Program-made: the position numbers and the translations under genes
The notes under the pieces: model-generated
What the model was told of the DNA's origin: nothing
What the model saw: only the letters and a program-made list of their open reading frames with translations
Databases searched by the model: none
Shown here: in pieces, positions 1 to 9,457 of the stretch
Layout: each line of letters starts with the position of its first letter
Position numbering within the stretch: the first letter of the stretch is position 1
Origin: Elusimicrobiales bacterium
GTDB taxonomy: Bacteria > Elusimicrobiota > Elusimicrobia > Elusimicrobiales > UBA9959
NCBI GenBank assembly: GCA_028688015.1
Contig: JAQTZB010000006.1
Coordinates: 107,381 to 171,380, forward strand
DNA: 64,000 nucleotides
Direction: 5' to 3'

Positions 1-2
1 CC

Positions 3-423
3 GACCTGAACGCTGTGATAACCTCCACGCAGCCATTGGGAAACTCGGGGAATTGGGACACGGCCTACGGCTGGGGTAACCACGCGGCCGCCGGTTATGC
101 CGCCAGCGCCTCGCTGAACGGGGTAATAGCGTCCACCCAGCCCCTGGTAAACTCTGGGAATTGGGACACGGCCTACGGCTGGGGCGACCACGCGGTCGCC
201 GGTTATGCCGCCAGCGCCTCGCTGAACGGGGTAATAGCATCCACCCAGCCCCTGGTAAACTCGGGGAATTGGGATACGGCCTACGGCTGGGGCGACCACG
301 CGGCCGCCGGTTATGCCGCCAGCGCCTCGTTAAGCGCCGTGATAGCGTCCACGCAACCATTGGTAAACTCGGGGAATTGGGACACGGCCTACGGCTGGGG
401 CAACCACGCGGCCGCCGGCTATG
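3..423 (+). repeat. In-frame 108-bp tandem repeat, about 4 copies, array continues upstream of the window
   Basis: The 'tcc ac[gc] cag cc' unit recurs at 24, 132, 240 and 348, an exact 108-nt period. Copies 2 and 3 differ at only a handful of positions at DNA level. Confidence 0.9.
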
Positions 424-956
424 AAACTACGGCTGCGCACCTAGCCAGCCTCGCGTCTTACGCAGAGCTGACTTCGACTCAGGCTTTAAGCGGCTCTAAT
501 TCTTTCACCTCAATAAGCGCCACCGTCCCGGGGGTCACCATCTCTTCGGGCCTGGTTGTGGGTGCCGGCCGCACCGGCATAGGCACGGCCGCGCCGAATT
601 CCACCTTGAGCGTGAATGGTTCGGTTTCTTTGCCGGTGAGGGTAGTCGCGGCGGACTATGTCCTGACGGAGGCGGACGTAACCGTCCTGGTGGACGCTTC
701 GCTTGGGGATGTTACCGTGACGCTGCCTCCTGCCGCAGGCGCTGTCGGGCGCGTCTACAAGGTGAAGAGGATAGACTCAGACCCGGGCGCGACCTCTGTT
801 ACTTTGGCCGCCTCTGCGGGGGAGACCATCGAAGGCCAGGCCAGCGGGGATATAAGCACTCAATTCCAGTCGGTCATGGTGCAGAGCGTCGGACTGGTAG
901 ACTGGGACAATGATACTATCGCTACCCCTACCTGGATTATCCTTGTAAACAACTAG
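3..956 (+). CDS. 5'-truncated repeat-containing secreted / tail-fibre-like protein (function unknown)
   Basis: The frame is open from nt 3. The first residues DLNAV match the end of the internal repeat, so the gene continues upstream of the window. Four 36-aa repeats IASTQPLVNSGNWDTAYGWG[DN]HA.AGYAASASLNGV are followed by a ~175-aa non-repetitive C-terminal domain. The stop is followed by a hairpin terminator. Confidence 0.6.
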   Translation, partial: DLNAVITSTQPLGNSGNWDTAYGWGNHAAAGYAASASLNGVIASTQPLVNSGNWDTAYGWGDHAVAGYAASASLNGVIASTQPLVNSGNWDTAYGWGDHAAAGYAASASLSAVIASTQPLVNSGNWDTAYGWGNHAAAGYETTAAHLASLASYAELTSTQALSGSNSFTSISATVPGVTISSGLVVGAGRTGIGTAAPNSTLSVNGSVSLPVRVVAADYVLTEADVTVLVDASLGDVTVTLPPAAGAVGRVYKVKRIDSDPGATSVTLAASAGETIEGQASGDISTQFQSVMVQSVGLVDWDNDTIATPTWIILVNN

Positions 957-979
957 GCGCAGGTTCCACGGGATAGCGC

Positions 980-1012
980 GGGCCTGGGCAGACACCCAGG
1001 CCCTTTTATTTA
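980..1012 (+). terminator. Rho-independent terminator
   Basis: Stem gggcctggg (980-988), loop cagaca, stem cccaggccc (995-1003), followed by ttttattta. Confidence 0.75.
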
Positions 1013-1092
1013 TATAATTGATACAATTAGCCTCTCGCTGAGCAGCTGCGGGCGGCGCCTGATTTTATCACTACCTAAGGGGAGTTCCACTA

Positions 1093-4000
1093 ATGTACCT
1101 CAAAGCGCTTGAAATTTACGGTTTTAAATCCTTCGCCAACAAGATCAAGATGCCGCTTAAGCCCGGCATCACCTGCATAGTCGGCCCCAACGGCTGCGGC
1201 AAGTCCAACGTGGTGGATTCCATCAAGTGGTGCATCGGCGAAATGAGCTGGAAATCGCTGCGCATGCCCTCCATGCTGGACGTCATCTTCGCCGGCACCA
1301 CCAAGCGCCAGGCGCAGAACATGGGCGAAGTCTCGATGATCTTCGACAACTCCTCGCGCAAACTGAACCTGGACTTCGAGGAAGTCGCCGTCACCCGCAA
1401 GATCTTCCGCTCTGAAGAGTCCGAATATTTCATTAACAAGGTGCAGTGCCGCCTCAGGGACATCCGCGAGATGTTCCTCGACACCGGCATCGGCACGGAC
1501 GGCTACGCCATCATAGACCAGGGCGAGGTGGAGACCGTGCTGAGCTCCTCCGCCGAGCAGCGCCGCGAGCTGTTCGAGGAGGCCGCCGGCGTCTCCAAAT
1601 TCAAGGCCAAGCGCGAAGAGGCCGCCCGCAAGCTGGAGAAGGTGGAGAACGACCTGAACCGCCTGGCCGACAGCATGGTGCTGCTCGACGAACAGATCAA
1701 GAAGCTCGACAAGGAGGCCGCGAAAGCCCGCCTGCAGCAGAAATACAAGGAAGAGCTGACCGGCGCCGAGGTGGCCGTGCTGCTGAAAGACAGCGACGCC
1801 TACGCCGCCCGGACCGCCGAGGCCGAGGCCCGCCTGGAGCCCGTGAAGAAAGAGCTCGCCGAGATAGCCGTGGCCATCACCGGCCTGGAAGGCGAGATCG
1901 CCGCGCTGAACCTGACGCTGGTGCAGAAAACCGAGGAGCAGCGCGTGCTGAAGGAAGCCATCAGCACGGTCAAGACCGACAAGGTGCAGGCTGAGGGCAC
2001 CATCGTGCGCGGCGAAGAGTTCGTGGCCGACATCGCCAAGCAGCGCGAGCAGCTGGCCGCGGCCGAGCGGCGCAACGCCGAGAAGTTCGCGGCCACCGAG
2101 CCCCGCATCGCCGAGCTGCGCGCCCGCCTGTCCTCAGACGAGGGCGGCCTGCCCGCCCTGCAGGCCGAGTACGACGCCGCCGAGGCTGCGCTGGCCGGCG
2201 TGGCCGAGCAGATGCGCGTCACCGACGAGGCTGCAGAAGCCATAAACCGCGAGATGAACGAGGCCTATTCGCGCCACATGGAGATCTCAAACAAGATCGC
2301 CGCCACCGGCTCGAGCATCGGCCACTACACCGAGGACAAGGCCGGCCTGGAAAAAGATATTAACGACCTGACGGGCGCCGCGGGCGGCATCGAGGCGCGC
2401 ATAGAGGAAATGAAGGCGCGCTCCGCCGCGCTGGGCGCCGAGCTGGCCGCCGAAAAAGAGAAAGAGGCCGCGGCCGAAGCGCAGGGCAAAGCCCTGTCCG
2501 CCCGGCTGGAAGAGATCTCCGCCCGCCAGGCCAGGCTCCGCGAGGAGAAGGCCTGGAACCAGAGCCGCCTGGAGGCCATCCTGGCGCAGGGCGAGCACGA
2601 CTCCTACTGGGTGGGTATCAACGGCGTGCTGAACTCCGGCGCCGCCGGCGTGCGCGGCACGCTGCGCCACCTGCTGTCCATCCGCAAGGAGGACCGCCTG
2701 GCCGTGGACGAGGCTCTGGGCCGCTTCCTGGATTCCATAGTCTGCGACAACGCCGCCGCCGCCGAAGAGGCCATCAATTACCTCAAGCACCTGGGCAAGG
2801 GCCGGTGCCGCTTCCTGATCCTGGACCGGGCCCCGCAGGCCGCGCCGCAGCAGGAGGGCTGGAACGCCCCCGGCGCGCAGCGCGTGCTGGAGAAGATCTC
2901 CTGCGACCAGCAGTACCTGCCGCTGGTGAGCGGCCTGCTCTCCGGCGTCTACGCCGCGGGCGGCTCGGTGCACGGGCCCTTCTGGGTTACCGGCGGCGTG
3001 GAGGAGATCGCCTCCAACGAGCCCTACTGGGAAGAGGCCGACGACCTGAAGGAACTGCTGAAGAAGTCCGACGAGGAGCACGCAGCGCTTGAGGCCGAAA
3101 AGGCCGCGCTGCAGCCGCAGTTCGAAGGCGCGCTGGCCGCCGAGGCCGCCGCCGAGGACCGGGTGCGCACGCTGGACCTGGATTTCCACAAGAACGGCAA
3201 CGACGTCGCCTCCACCGGGGAAGAGCTGCGCATAAAGCGGGAAAACCTCGCCCTGTCGCAGGCGCAGAAGGAGAAGGCCGAGGCGAATATCCGCCAGGCC
3301 GAGGCCGAATTCGCCGCGCTGCAGGAACAGAAAGCCGCGGCCGGCGCCGTCACCGAGGCCAAGCGGGCCGAGCAGGCCGCGCTGGGCGAGAAGAAGGACG
3401 CCCTCCACGCCGAGCACGGCCAGAAGAAGGAAGACCTGGGCGGCCGCAGGGCCAGCCTGGACAATTACCGGCAGAACCTCGAGGCGCTGAAGGGCGAGCT
3501 GGCCCGCGCCGAGGGAGACCTGGCCGCGCTGACCGAAGAAAAATCCCACTTCGAAGGCACCCGCGCCGAGCAGAACGCGCGCGACGAGCGCTACAAGGGC
3601 GAGATCGCGGCCGCGCGGGCCCGCCTGGCCGAGCTGATGCACGACCTGGCCGAGAAAGAGATCATCGACCGCTCCATGGAGGACGAACTGAACGAGCTGC
3701 GCGGCACGGCGGCCCGCCTCACCCAGAACCTCAAGGACAGCCAGGACCTGGCCAAGGAGAGCGAAAGCGCCAGCTACCGCATCCAGACCGAACTGGCCAC
3801 CATCGCCGCCCACGCCGAGGATGTCGCCAAGCGCATGGCAGAGGAATTCGGCGTCACCGCGGCCGAGGCGCGGGAGCGCTTCGCCGGCGTGCAGGCCGAC
3901 GCCGAGCGCGTGGCCTTCCTGAAGCGCCGCATCGCGGAGATGGGCAACGTCAACATGACCGCCCCCGAGGAATACGAGACCCTGACCGCCCGCTTCAACT

Positions 4001-4578
4001 TCATGAACTCGCAGGTGGAGGACCTCAACAAGGCCAAGGCGGACCTGCGCTCGGCCATCAACAAGATTAACGACACCACGCGCGAGAACTTCAAGATCAC
4101 CTTCGACAAGGTGCGCGGCTACTTCAAGGAGATCTACTCGCTGCTCTTCAACGGCGGCGAGGCCGACCTGGTCCTGACCATGCCGGAGAACCTGCTGGAG
4201 ACGGGCGTGGAGATCCTGGCCCACCCGCCGGGCAAGAAGCTAGTCAGCATCTCGCAGCTTTCCGGCGGCGAGAAGGCCCTGACCGCGCTGGCGCTGCTGT
4301 TCAGCTTCTTCCGCGTGAACCCCTCGCCCTTCTGCGTGATGGACGAGGCCGACGCCCCGCTGGACGAAGCCAACGTGGAGCGCTTCGTGCGCCTGATCCG
4401 CGAGTTCTCCTCCACTACGCAGTTCATCGTGATCACGCACAACAAGCGCACGATGGAGGCGGCCGACACCCTGTATGGCGTGACGATGGAAGAGCTCGGC
4501 GTCTCCAAGCTGGTGGCCGTGGACCTCAAGCGCGCCTCCAACCTGGTGGACAACAAGGACCAGGGGGCCATTAACTAA
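1093..4578 (+). CDS. smc: Chromosome segregation protein SMC
   Basis: 1161 aa. N-terminal Walker A FKSF...GPNGCGKSN, long Ala/Glu/Lys-rich coiled coils, a central hinge, a C-terminal signature motif LSGGEKALTALALLF and Walker B FCVMDEADAPLD. Confidence 0.95.
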   Translation: MYLKALEIYGFKSFANKIKMPLKPGITCIVGPNGCGKSNVVDSIKWCIGEMSWKSLRMPSMLDVIFAGTTKRQAQNMGEVSMIFDNSSRKLNLDFEEVAVTRKIFRSEESEYFINKVQCRLRDIREMFLDTGIGTDGYAIIDQGEVETVLSSSAEQRRELFEEAAGVSKFKAKREEAARKLEKVENDLNRLADSMVLLDEQIKKLDKEAAKARLQQKYKEELTGAEVAVLLKDSDAYAARTAEAEARLEPVKKELAEIAVAITGLEGEIAALNLTLVQKTEEQRVLKEAISTVKTDKVQAEGTIVRGEEFVADIAKQREQLAAAERRNAEKFAATEPRIAELRARLSSDEGGLPALQAEYDAAEAALAGVAEQMRVTDEAAEAINREMNEAYSRHMEISNKIAATGSSIGHYTEDKAGLEKDINDLTGAAGGIEARIEEMKARSAALGAELAAEKEKEAAAEAQGKALSARLEEISARQARLREEKAWNQSRLEAILAQGEHDSYWVGINGVLNSGAAGVRGTLRHLLSIRKEDRLAVDEALGRFLDSIVCDNAAAAEEAINYLKHLGKGRCRFLILDRAPQAAPQQEGWNAPGAQRVLEKISCDQQYLPLVSGLLSGVYAAGGSVHGPFWVTGGVEEIASNEPYWEEADDLKELLKKSDEEHAALEAEKAALQPQFEGALAAEAAAEDRVRTLDLDFHKNGNDVASTGEELRIKRENLALSQAQKEKAEANIRQAEAEFAALQEQKAAAGAVTEAKRAEQAALGEKKDALHAEHGQKKEDLGGRRASLDNYRQNLEALKGELARAEGDLAALTEEKSHFEGTRAEQNARDERYKGEIAAARARLAELMHDLAEKEIIDRSMEDELNELRGTAARLTQNLKDSQDLAKESESASYRIQTELATIAAHAEDVAKRMAEEFGVTAAEARERFAGVQADAERVAFLKRRIAEMGNVNMTAPEEYETLTARFNFMNSQVEDLNKAKADLRSAINKINDTTRENFKITFDKVRGYFKEIYSLLFNGGEADLVLTMPENLLETGVEILAHPPGKKLVSISQLSGGEKALTALALLFSFFRVNPSPFCVMDEADAPLDEANVERFVRLIREFSSTTQFIVITHNKRTMEAADTLYGVTMEELGVSKLVAVDLKRASNLVDNKDQGAIN

Positions 4579-4579
4579 A

Positions 4580-5311
4580 GTGAGATACGGCGTTTTTTCC
4601 GACGTGCACGGCAATTACGAGGCCCTCAAGGCCGTGCTCGATTTTTACCGGAAGAACGGCGTGGAGAATTTCGTCTGCTGCGGCGACATAGTGGGCTACG
4701 GCCCGCAGCCCAGCGAGTGCGTGGAGGCCCTGCGCGGCATGAAGGGCCTGACCGCGGTGCTGGGCAACCACGACGCGGCCGTGGTGGGCAGGATGGACGT
4801 GAAGTGGTTCAACACTAACGCTGCCTGGGCCATAGAGTTCGCCCGCAAGAACCTGACCGGCGAGGCGCTGGACTTCATAGCCCGCCTGCCGGAGCGGGCC
4901 GAGACCGCGGAGTTCACCGTGGTGCACGGTTCGCCGCGCAAGCCGCTGACCGAATACCTGCTCAATGAGTCCCAATTCGCCGACAACGCCAAGGGCTGGA
5001 CCGTTTCGCCGTGCTTCATCGGCCACAGCCACATGCCCATGTTCTTTCGCAACAAGGAAGGCATCCCGGCGGTGAATTTCATGCTGTCCATGGACCGGGT
5101 GGCCATTCCGGAGGGGCCGGTGATGTTCAATCCCGGCTCGGTAGGCCAGCCCCGCGACGGTGACCCCCGGGCCTCCTGCGCCATCTACGACCCGGCCCGC
5201 AAGCTGTTCGACCATTTTAAGGTTTTTTACGACGTGGGCGCCACCCAGCAGCGCATGGCCGACCTCAAGATGCCCGGCATGCTGGCCGAACGCCTCAGCT
5301 ACGGATTCTGA
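4580..5311 (+). CDS. Metallophosphoesterase (YfcE/MJ0936-like)
   Basis: Motifs SDVHGN, CCGDIVGYGP, GNHD and GHSH in the canonical order. GTG start 2 nt after the smc stop. Confidence 0.8.
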   Translation: MRYGVFSDVHGNYEALKAVLDFYRKNGVENFVCCGDIVGYGPQPSECVEALRGMKGLTAVLGNHDAAVVGRMDVKWFNTNAAWAIEFARKNLTGEALDFIARLPERAETAEFTVVHGSPRKPLTEYLLNESQFADNAKGWTVSPCFIGHSHMPMFFRNKEGIPAVNFMLSMDRVAIPEGPVMFNPGSVGQPRDGDPRASCAIYDPARKLFDHFKVFYDVGATQQRMADLKMPGMLAERLSYGF

Positions 5312-5313
5312 CT

Positions 5314-5697
5314 ATGCCAACCACCATCCTGATAGTAGACGACGACGCCAACTTCATAGAGACGCTGCGCGACGGCCTCAAGCTCAAGCGCGTGGAGGCC
5401 GAGATCACGGTGGCCAAGAGCGCCCGCGAGGCGCTGGACGCGCTGTCCGGGGAAGTGCCTTCCGCCATCATCCTGGACATCCAGCTGCCGGACATGCACG
5501 GAGTTGAGTTCCTGCGGGTGCTGCGCGAGTCGGCGCGCCTCAAGAAGGTGCCCGTGATCTTCATCTCGGCCAAGTACACCGAGCCGGCGGACCGCTCCGA
5601 GGCCATGCTGGCCGGCGCCGGCGCCTTCTTTTCCAAGCCGGTGGACATAGATGAGCTCTGGAAGGAGCTGCTCTATCTCCTTGACAAGAAAAAGTAA
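5314..5697 (+). CDS. Single-domain response regulator (REC/CheY-like)
   Basis: 127 aa. ILIVDDD acidic pocket, phospho-acceptor context IILDIQLPDMHG, conserved K in FFSKP. No output domain. Confidence 0.85.
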   Translation: MPTTILIVDDDANFIETLRDGLKLKRVEAEITVAKSAREALDALSGEVPSAIILDIQLPDMHGVEFLRVLRESARLKKVPVIFISAKYTEPADRSEAMLAGAGAFFSKPVDIDELWKELLYLLDKKK

Positions 5698-5759
5698 GTC
5701 TTATACCATTGAGTATCTCTGCCGCTTTTCGGTATTTTAATCAGCAAGCGAGGCAAAAC

Positions 5760-6086
5760 ATGTCAAACGAAATACAGCTCACGGACGCGAATTTCGAGGC
5801 GGAAGTCGTCAAGAGCGACAAACCCGTCCTGGTGGATTTCTGGGCTCCCTGGTGCGGCCCCTGCCGGATGATCGGCCCGGTGATAGAGCAGCTCGCCGCC
5901 GAGTACGCCGGCAAGGTCAAGGTCTGCAAGCTCAATACCGACGAGGCCCAGGACACCGCCGGCAAGTACCAGATCTCTGCGATACCCACCATCCTGCTCT
6001 TCAAAGACGGCCAGGTCAAGCACCAGCTGGTGGGCCTGCAGCCCAAGGAAGAACTTAAGAAGTATCTCGACGAACTGCTCGGCTGA
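5760..6086 (+). CDS. trxA: Thioredoxin
   Basis: WCGPC active site and typical 108-aa length from the internal ATG at 5760. The ORF-track TTG start at 5709 adds 17 atypical residues. Followed by a strong terminator. Confidence 0.9.
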   Translation: MSNEIQLTDANFEAEVVKSDKPVLVDFWAPWCGPCRMIGPVIEQLAAEYAGKVKVCKLNTDEAQDTAGKYQISAIPTILLFKDGQVKHQLVGLQPKEELKKYLDELLG

Positions 6087-6093
6087 CCCGACT

Positions 6094-6126
6094 GCCCGCC
6101 GCGCCCAAGCGCGGCGGGCTGTTTTT
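6094..6126 (+). terminator. Rho-independent terminator
   Basis: Stem gcccgccgcgc (6094-6104), loop ccaa, stem gcgcggcgggc (6109-6119), then tgttttt. Confidence 0.85.
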
Positions 6127-6147
6127 CTCCCCTTTGCTCCCCAAAAA

Positions 6148-8718
6148 ATGGCTTCCCGCGTTTTTATAATAGACGCTCACGCGTTCCTGCACAGGAGTTA
6201 CCACGCCCTGCCCAAGTTCTCCACCTCCAAGGGGGAGGAAGTGGGCGCGCTGTTCGGCTTCACGCGCCTGCTGCTGAAGATCCTGCGTGAGAAGCGTCCC
6301 GAGTACGTGGCCGTCTGCTTCGACTCTAAGGGCGGCAGTTTCAGGGACGACCTGTACGGAGAGTATAAAGCCAACCGCAAGGAGACGGAGCCCGGCCTGC
6401 TGGGTCAGCTCAATACCGCGCGCGACCTGGTGGCGGCGCTGGGGCTTAAGGGAATCTATCTTAAAGGCTACGAGGCCGACGATTTGATAGCCACGCTGGC
6501 CCGCCGCGCCGCGGCGGCCGGCCTGGAAGCCGTGATAGTTTCCGGCGACAAGGACGCGGCGCAGCTGGTGGACGACAAAGTGAAGATGTGGGACGGGACC
6601 AGCACGGACTTTTCCGGCCCCGAGGCGGTGGAGAGAAAGTACGGCCTGCCGCCGGCCCTGCTGCCGGAATATTTCGCGCTCACCGGGGACTCTTCCGACA
6701 ACGTGCCCGGCGTGGCCGGCGTGGGCCCCAAGAGCGCCGTGAAACTGGTGCAAACCTACGGCGTGCTGGAGAAGATCCTGGCCGCCGCCATGGATCCTTC
6801 GCTGACGGCGGCCGACAAGGCGCTGGCCAAGGTGGCCAAGGACATGGAGAACGCCCGCCTCTCGCGCCGCCTGGTCACCCTGGAAGGCGACGCCCCGATA
6901 GAAGGCGGATTGGAGATTTTAAAACCCGCTGTGCCCGGCGGCACCGGGCTGGAGGAGATGGCCAGGCGCCTGGAGTTCAAGGAACTGCTGGCGCTGGCCG
7001 GCGCGGCTCCCGCAGAGCGTAAACCCGTGGCCCTGCCGCCGGTGCGGACGCCGGAGGAAGTGCTGCCTGGCGCCACGGGTAATGTCTCTTTCGCGGCCCT
7101 CGGCGACGCCCTGGCCATAGGGGGGGAGGAAGCCGTCTGCCTTCTCCGGCCCGGCTTTTTCAGCCCCGGTCAGGCCGCAACTGCCGCGAGACTGTTGGCC
7201 GACGAAGGCATTTCTAAAGTCACCTTCGGGCTGAAGCAGGTGCTGCGCCTGCTGGACCTGCCCGCCGGCTTCCTGCCGCAGAACTATTTCGACGCCGAGG
7301 CCGCCGCCGAGCTGCTGGCGGCCGGCCGGACCACCCCGCTGCCGCAGACGGTTTTTGAGCGCCTTGCGCTGCCCCTGCAGCTGCCGGGCTCCGACGAGGA
7401 GGCCGCGCTGTGCTGCGCGGCGCTGCCCGAGCTGGCCGCGCTGCTGAAGGCGGAGCTGGATAAGGCCGGCATGGCCAAAGTCTTTAACGAGCTGGAGCTG
7501 CCGCTGCTGCCGGCCGTTTACGCCATGGAGCGCACCGGCGCCGCCGCCGACACCGCCCTGCTGGGCGAGCTGTCCTCGCGGTTCGAGCGGCAGCTGGCCG
7601 GGCTGCAGGCCGAGTCCGAGAGGCTCACGGGTGCGCAGGTAAATCTGAATTCCCCCAAGCAGGTGGGCTTCCTGCTTTACGAGAAACTTAACCTGGGCCT
7701 GGGCGAGGCGCAGAAGAAGCAGTTCAAGAACAAGGACGGCGGCTACTCCACCGGCGAGGAAGCGCTGCAGTACCTGAAGGCGGCGCACCCGGTGGTGCCG
7801 CTCCTGCTGGAATACCGCGAGATCTCCAAGCTGAAATCCTCCTTCGTAGATAATCTGCTGGCTGCGGCCGGCCCCGACGGCCGCCTGCATACCACCTTCG
7901 ACCAGCTGGGCACGGCCACGGGCCGCTTCTCCAGTTCCAAGCCCAACCTGCAGAACATCCCGGTGCGCTCGGAGGCCGGGCTGCTGGTGCGCAAGTGCTT
8001 TGTCGCGCGGGAGGGCTTTACGCTGCTCTCGGCGGACTACTCCCAGATAGACCTGCGGGTCCTCGCGCACCTCAGCGGCGACCGCAACCTGACTGACGCT
8101 TTCAGGAGCGGAGAGGACATCCACCAGCGCACGGCGTCGGAGATCTTCCACTGCGCCCCGCAGCTGGTCACGCCCGAGATGCGCCGCGCGGCCAAGGCCA
8201 TCAACTTCGGCATCGTCTACGGCAAGACGGCCCAGGGCCTGTCGCAGGACCTGGGCATCAGCCGCGCCGAGGCCGCCAGCTACATCAAGCATTATTTCGA
8301 GGCCTGCCCCGGCGTGAAGGACTGGAGCGAGCGCACGGTGGCCGAGGCCAAGCGCACCGGGCAGGTGGCTACCTTCACCGGGCGCCGCCGCCTGCTGCCG
8401 GAGCTGACGGCCTCCAACCCGCACCTGCGCGGCTTCGCCGAGCGCGCGGCCATCAACACGCCGGTGCAGGGCGGCTCGGCCGAGATCATCAAGAAGGCGA
8501 TGATAGAGCTGTTCCGGAAGTTCCTCGGCTCGGCCGACGTCTTCATGCTGCTGCAGGTGCACGACGAACTGGTGTTCGAGGTGCGCGCCGGCCACCTGAA
8601 GCAGGCGGCCGCGCAGATCAAGAAGGCCATGGAAACCGCCTACGAGTTGGCCGTGCCTCTTGTCGCCGATTTCAAGACCGGGCCCAATTGGCGGGACATG
8701 GAAAAGTATGCGCCTTAG
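6148..8718 (+). CDS. polA: DNA polymerase I (5'-3' exonuclease + polymerase; the proofreading domain looks inactive)
   Basis: 856 aa. N-terminal 5' nuclease (YGEYKANR, GDSSDNVPGV). C-terminal family-A polymerase motifs (DYSQIDLRVLAH, RRAAKAINFGIVYG, QVHDELVFE). Confidence 0.95.
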   Translation: MASRVFIIDAHAFLHRSYHALPKFSTSKGEEVGALFGFTRLLLKILREKRPEYVAVCFDSKGGSFRDDLYGEYKANRKETEPGLLGQLNTARDLVAALGLKGIYLKGYEADDLIATLARRAAAAGLEAVIVSGDKDAAQLVDDKVKMWDGTSTDFSGPEAVERKYGLPPALLPEYFALTGDSSDNVPGVAGVGPKSAVKLVQTYGVLEKILAAAMDPSLTAADKALAKVAKDMENARLSRRLVTLEGDAPIEGGLEILKPAVPGGTGLEEMARRLEFKELLALAGAAPAERKPVALPPVRTPEEVLPGATGNVSFAALGDALAIGGEEAVCLLRPGFFSPGQAATAARLLADEGISKVTFGLKQVLRLLDLPAGFLPQNYFDAEAAAELLAAGRTTPLPQTVFERLALPLQLPGSDEEAALCCAALPELAALLKAELDKAGMAKVFNELELPLLPAVYAMERTGAAADTALLGELSSRFERQLAGLQAESERLTGAQVNLNSPKQVGFLLYEKLNLGLGEAQKKQFKNKDGGYSTGEEALQYLKAAHPVVPLLLEYREISKLKSSFVDNLLAAAGPDGRLHTTFDQLGTATGRFSSSKPNLQNIPVRSEAGLLVRKCFVAREGFTLLSADYSQIDLRVLAHLSGDRNLTDAFRSGEDIHQRTASEIFHCAPQLVTPEMRRAAKAINFGIVYGKTAQGLSQDLGISRAEAASYIKHYFEACPGVKDWSERTVAEAKRTGQVATFTGRRRLLPELTASNPHLRGFAERAAINTPVQGGSAEIIKKAMIELFRKFLGSADVFMLLQVHDELVFEVRAGHLKQAAAQIKKAMETAYELAVPLVADFKTGPNWRDMEKYAP

Positions 8719-9457
8719 CGCGGCGCCGCTGAGGGAACTGCCGCCGGTCACGCGGTGGCTGGCGGGAGCTATCTTCGCGGGCTGGCTGGTAAAGATCTTT
8801 TTTGGCTACCGGGCCAGTTTCTACCTGGGCCTGGTCCCGTTCAACCTGACGGAGCGCTTCTGGCTCTGGCAGCCCCTCACCTACCAGTTCCTGCATGCGG
8901 ACTTCTTCCATTTCCTGTTCAACGGCTTCATGCTGTGGATGCTGGGGCGCATCCTGGAGCCCCACATGGGGCCGCGCAAGTTCCTGGCTTATTTCCTCGG
9001 CTGCGGCGCCGCTGCGGCCCTGCTGACCGCTGCCTGGCAGCCAGGCTCGCTGACGCCGGTCATCGGGGCTTCGGGCGCGGTCTACGGCCTGCTGGGGGCT
9101 TTCGCCTATCTCTACCCGGAGGCGCAGGTCTACTTTTATTTCCTGTTCCCGATGAGCGCCCGCACCATGGCTATATTGCTGGGCGCGCTGGAATTCTTCA
9201 TGACCCTCTCCCGCGACGGCTCCCGCATCTCCAACATCACCCACCTGGGCGGGCTGGCGGCCGGCCTGCTGTGGCTGTGGGGCGAGCGCCGCTGGCGGCA
9301 GCGCCCGGTAAGGCAAGAGCCTGACCCGGCGGCGCTGGAGCAGCTGGAGATAGACCGCCTGCTGGAGAAGATCTCGCGCCAGGGCCAGGCCTCGCTGTCT
9401 CAGGGCGAGCTGCGGCGCCTGGACGAGTACGCGAAGCGCAAGGGGGGGCGGGCGTGA
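8708..9457 (+). CDS. Rhomboid family intramembrane serine protease
   Basis: Multi-pass membrane protein with HFLFNGFMLW, catalytic GASGAVYGLLGAF and downstream HLGGLAAG. The ATG at 8708 overlaps the polA stop by 11 nt. The ORF-track start at 8660 lies inside polA. Confidence 0.85.
   Translation: MRLSAAPLRELPPVTRWLAGAIFAGWLVKIFFGYRASFYLGLVPFNLTERFWLWQPLTYQFLHADFFHFLFNGFMLWMLGRILEPHMGPRKFLAYFLGCGAAAALLTAAWQPGSLTPVIGASGAVYGLLGAFAYLYPEAQVYFYFLFPMSARTMAILLGALEFFMTLSRDGSRISNITHLGGLAAGLLWLWGERRWRQRPVRQEPDPAALEQLEIDRLLEKISRQGQASLSQGELRRLDEYAKRKGGRA

Noticed and set aside
3-423. A CRISPR array as the explanation for the regular 108-bp repeats.
   Set aside because: The repeats are directly abutting with no unique spacers, lie in-frame inside a coding sequence, and are far longer than CRISPR repeats. 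No other CRISPR-like array is visible in the window.
1-1012. Calling the 5' edge a prophage on the basis of the tail-fibre-like repeat protein.
   Set aside because: There is only one truncated gene with a remembered, unverified motif resemblance. The next gene is smc and no other phage genes are present, so the evidence is insufficient.
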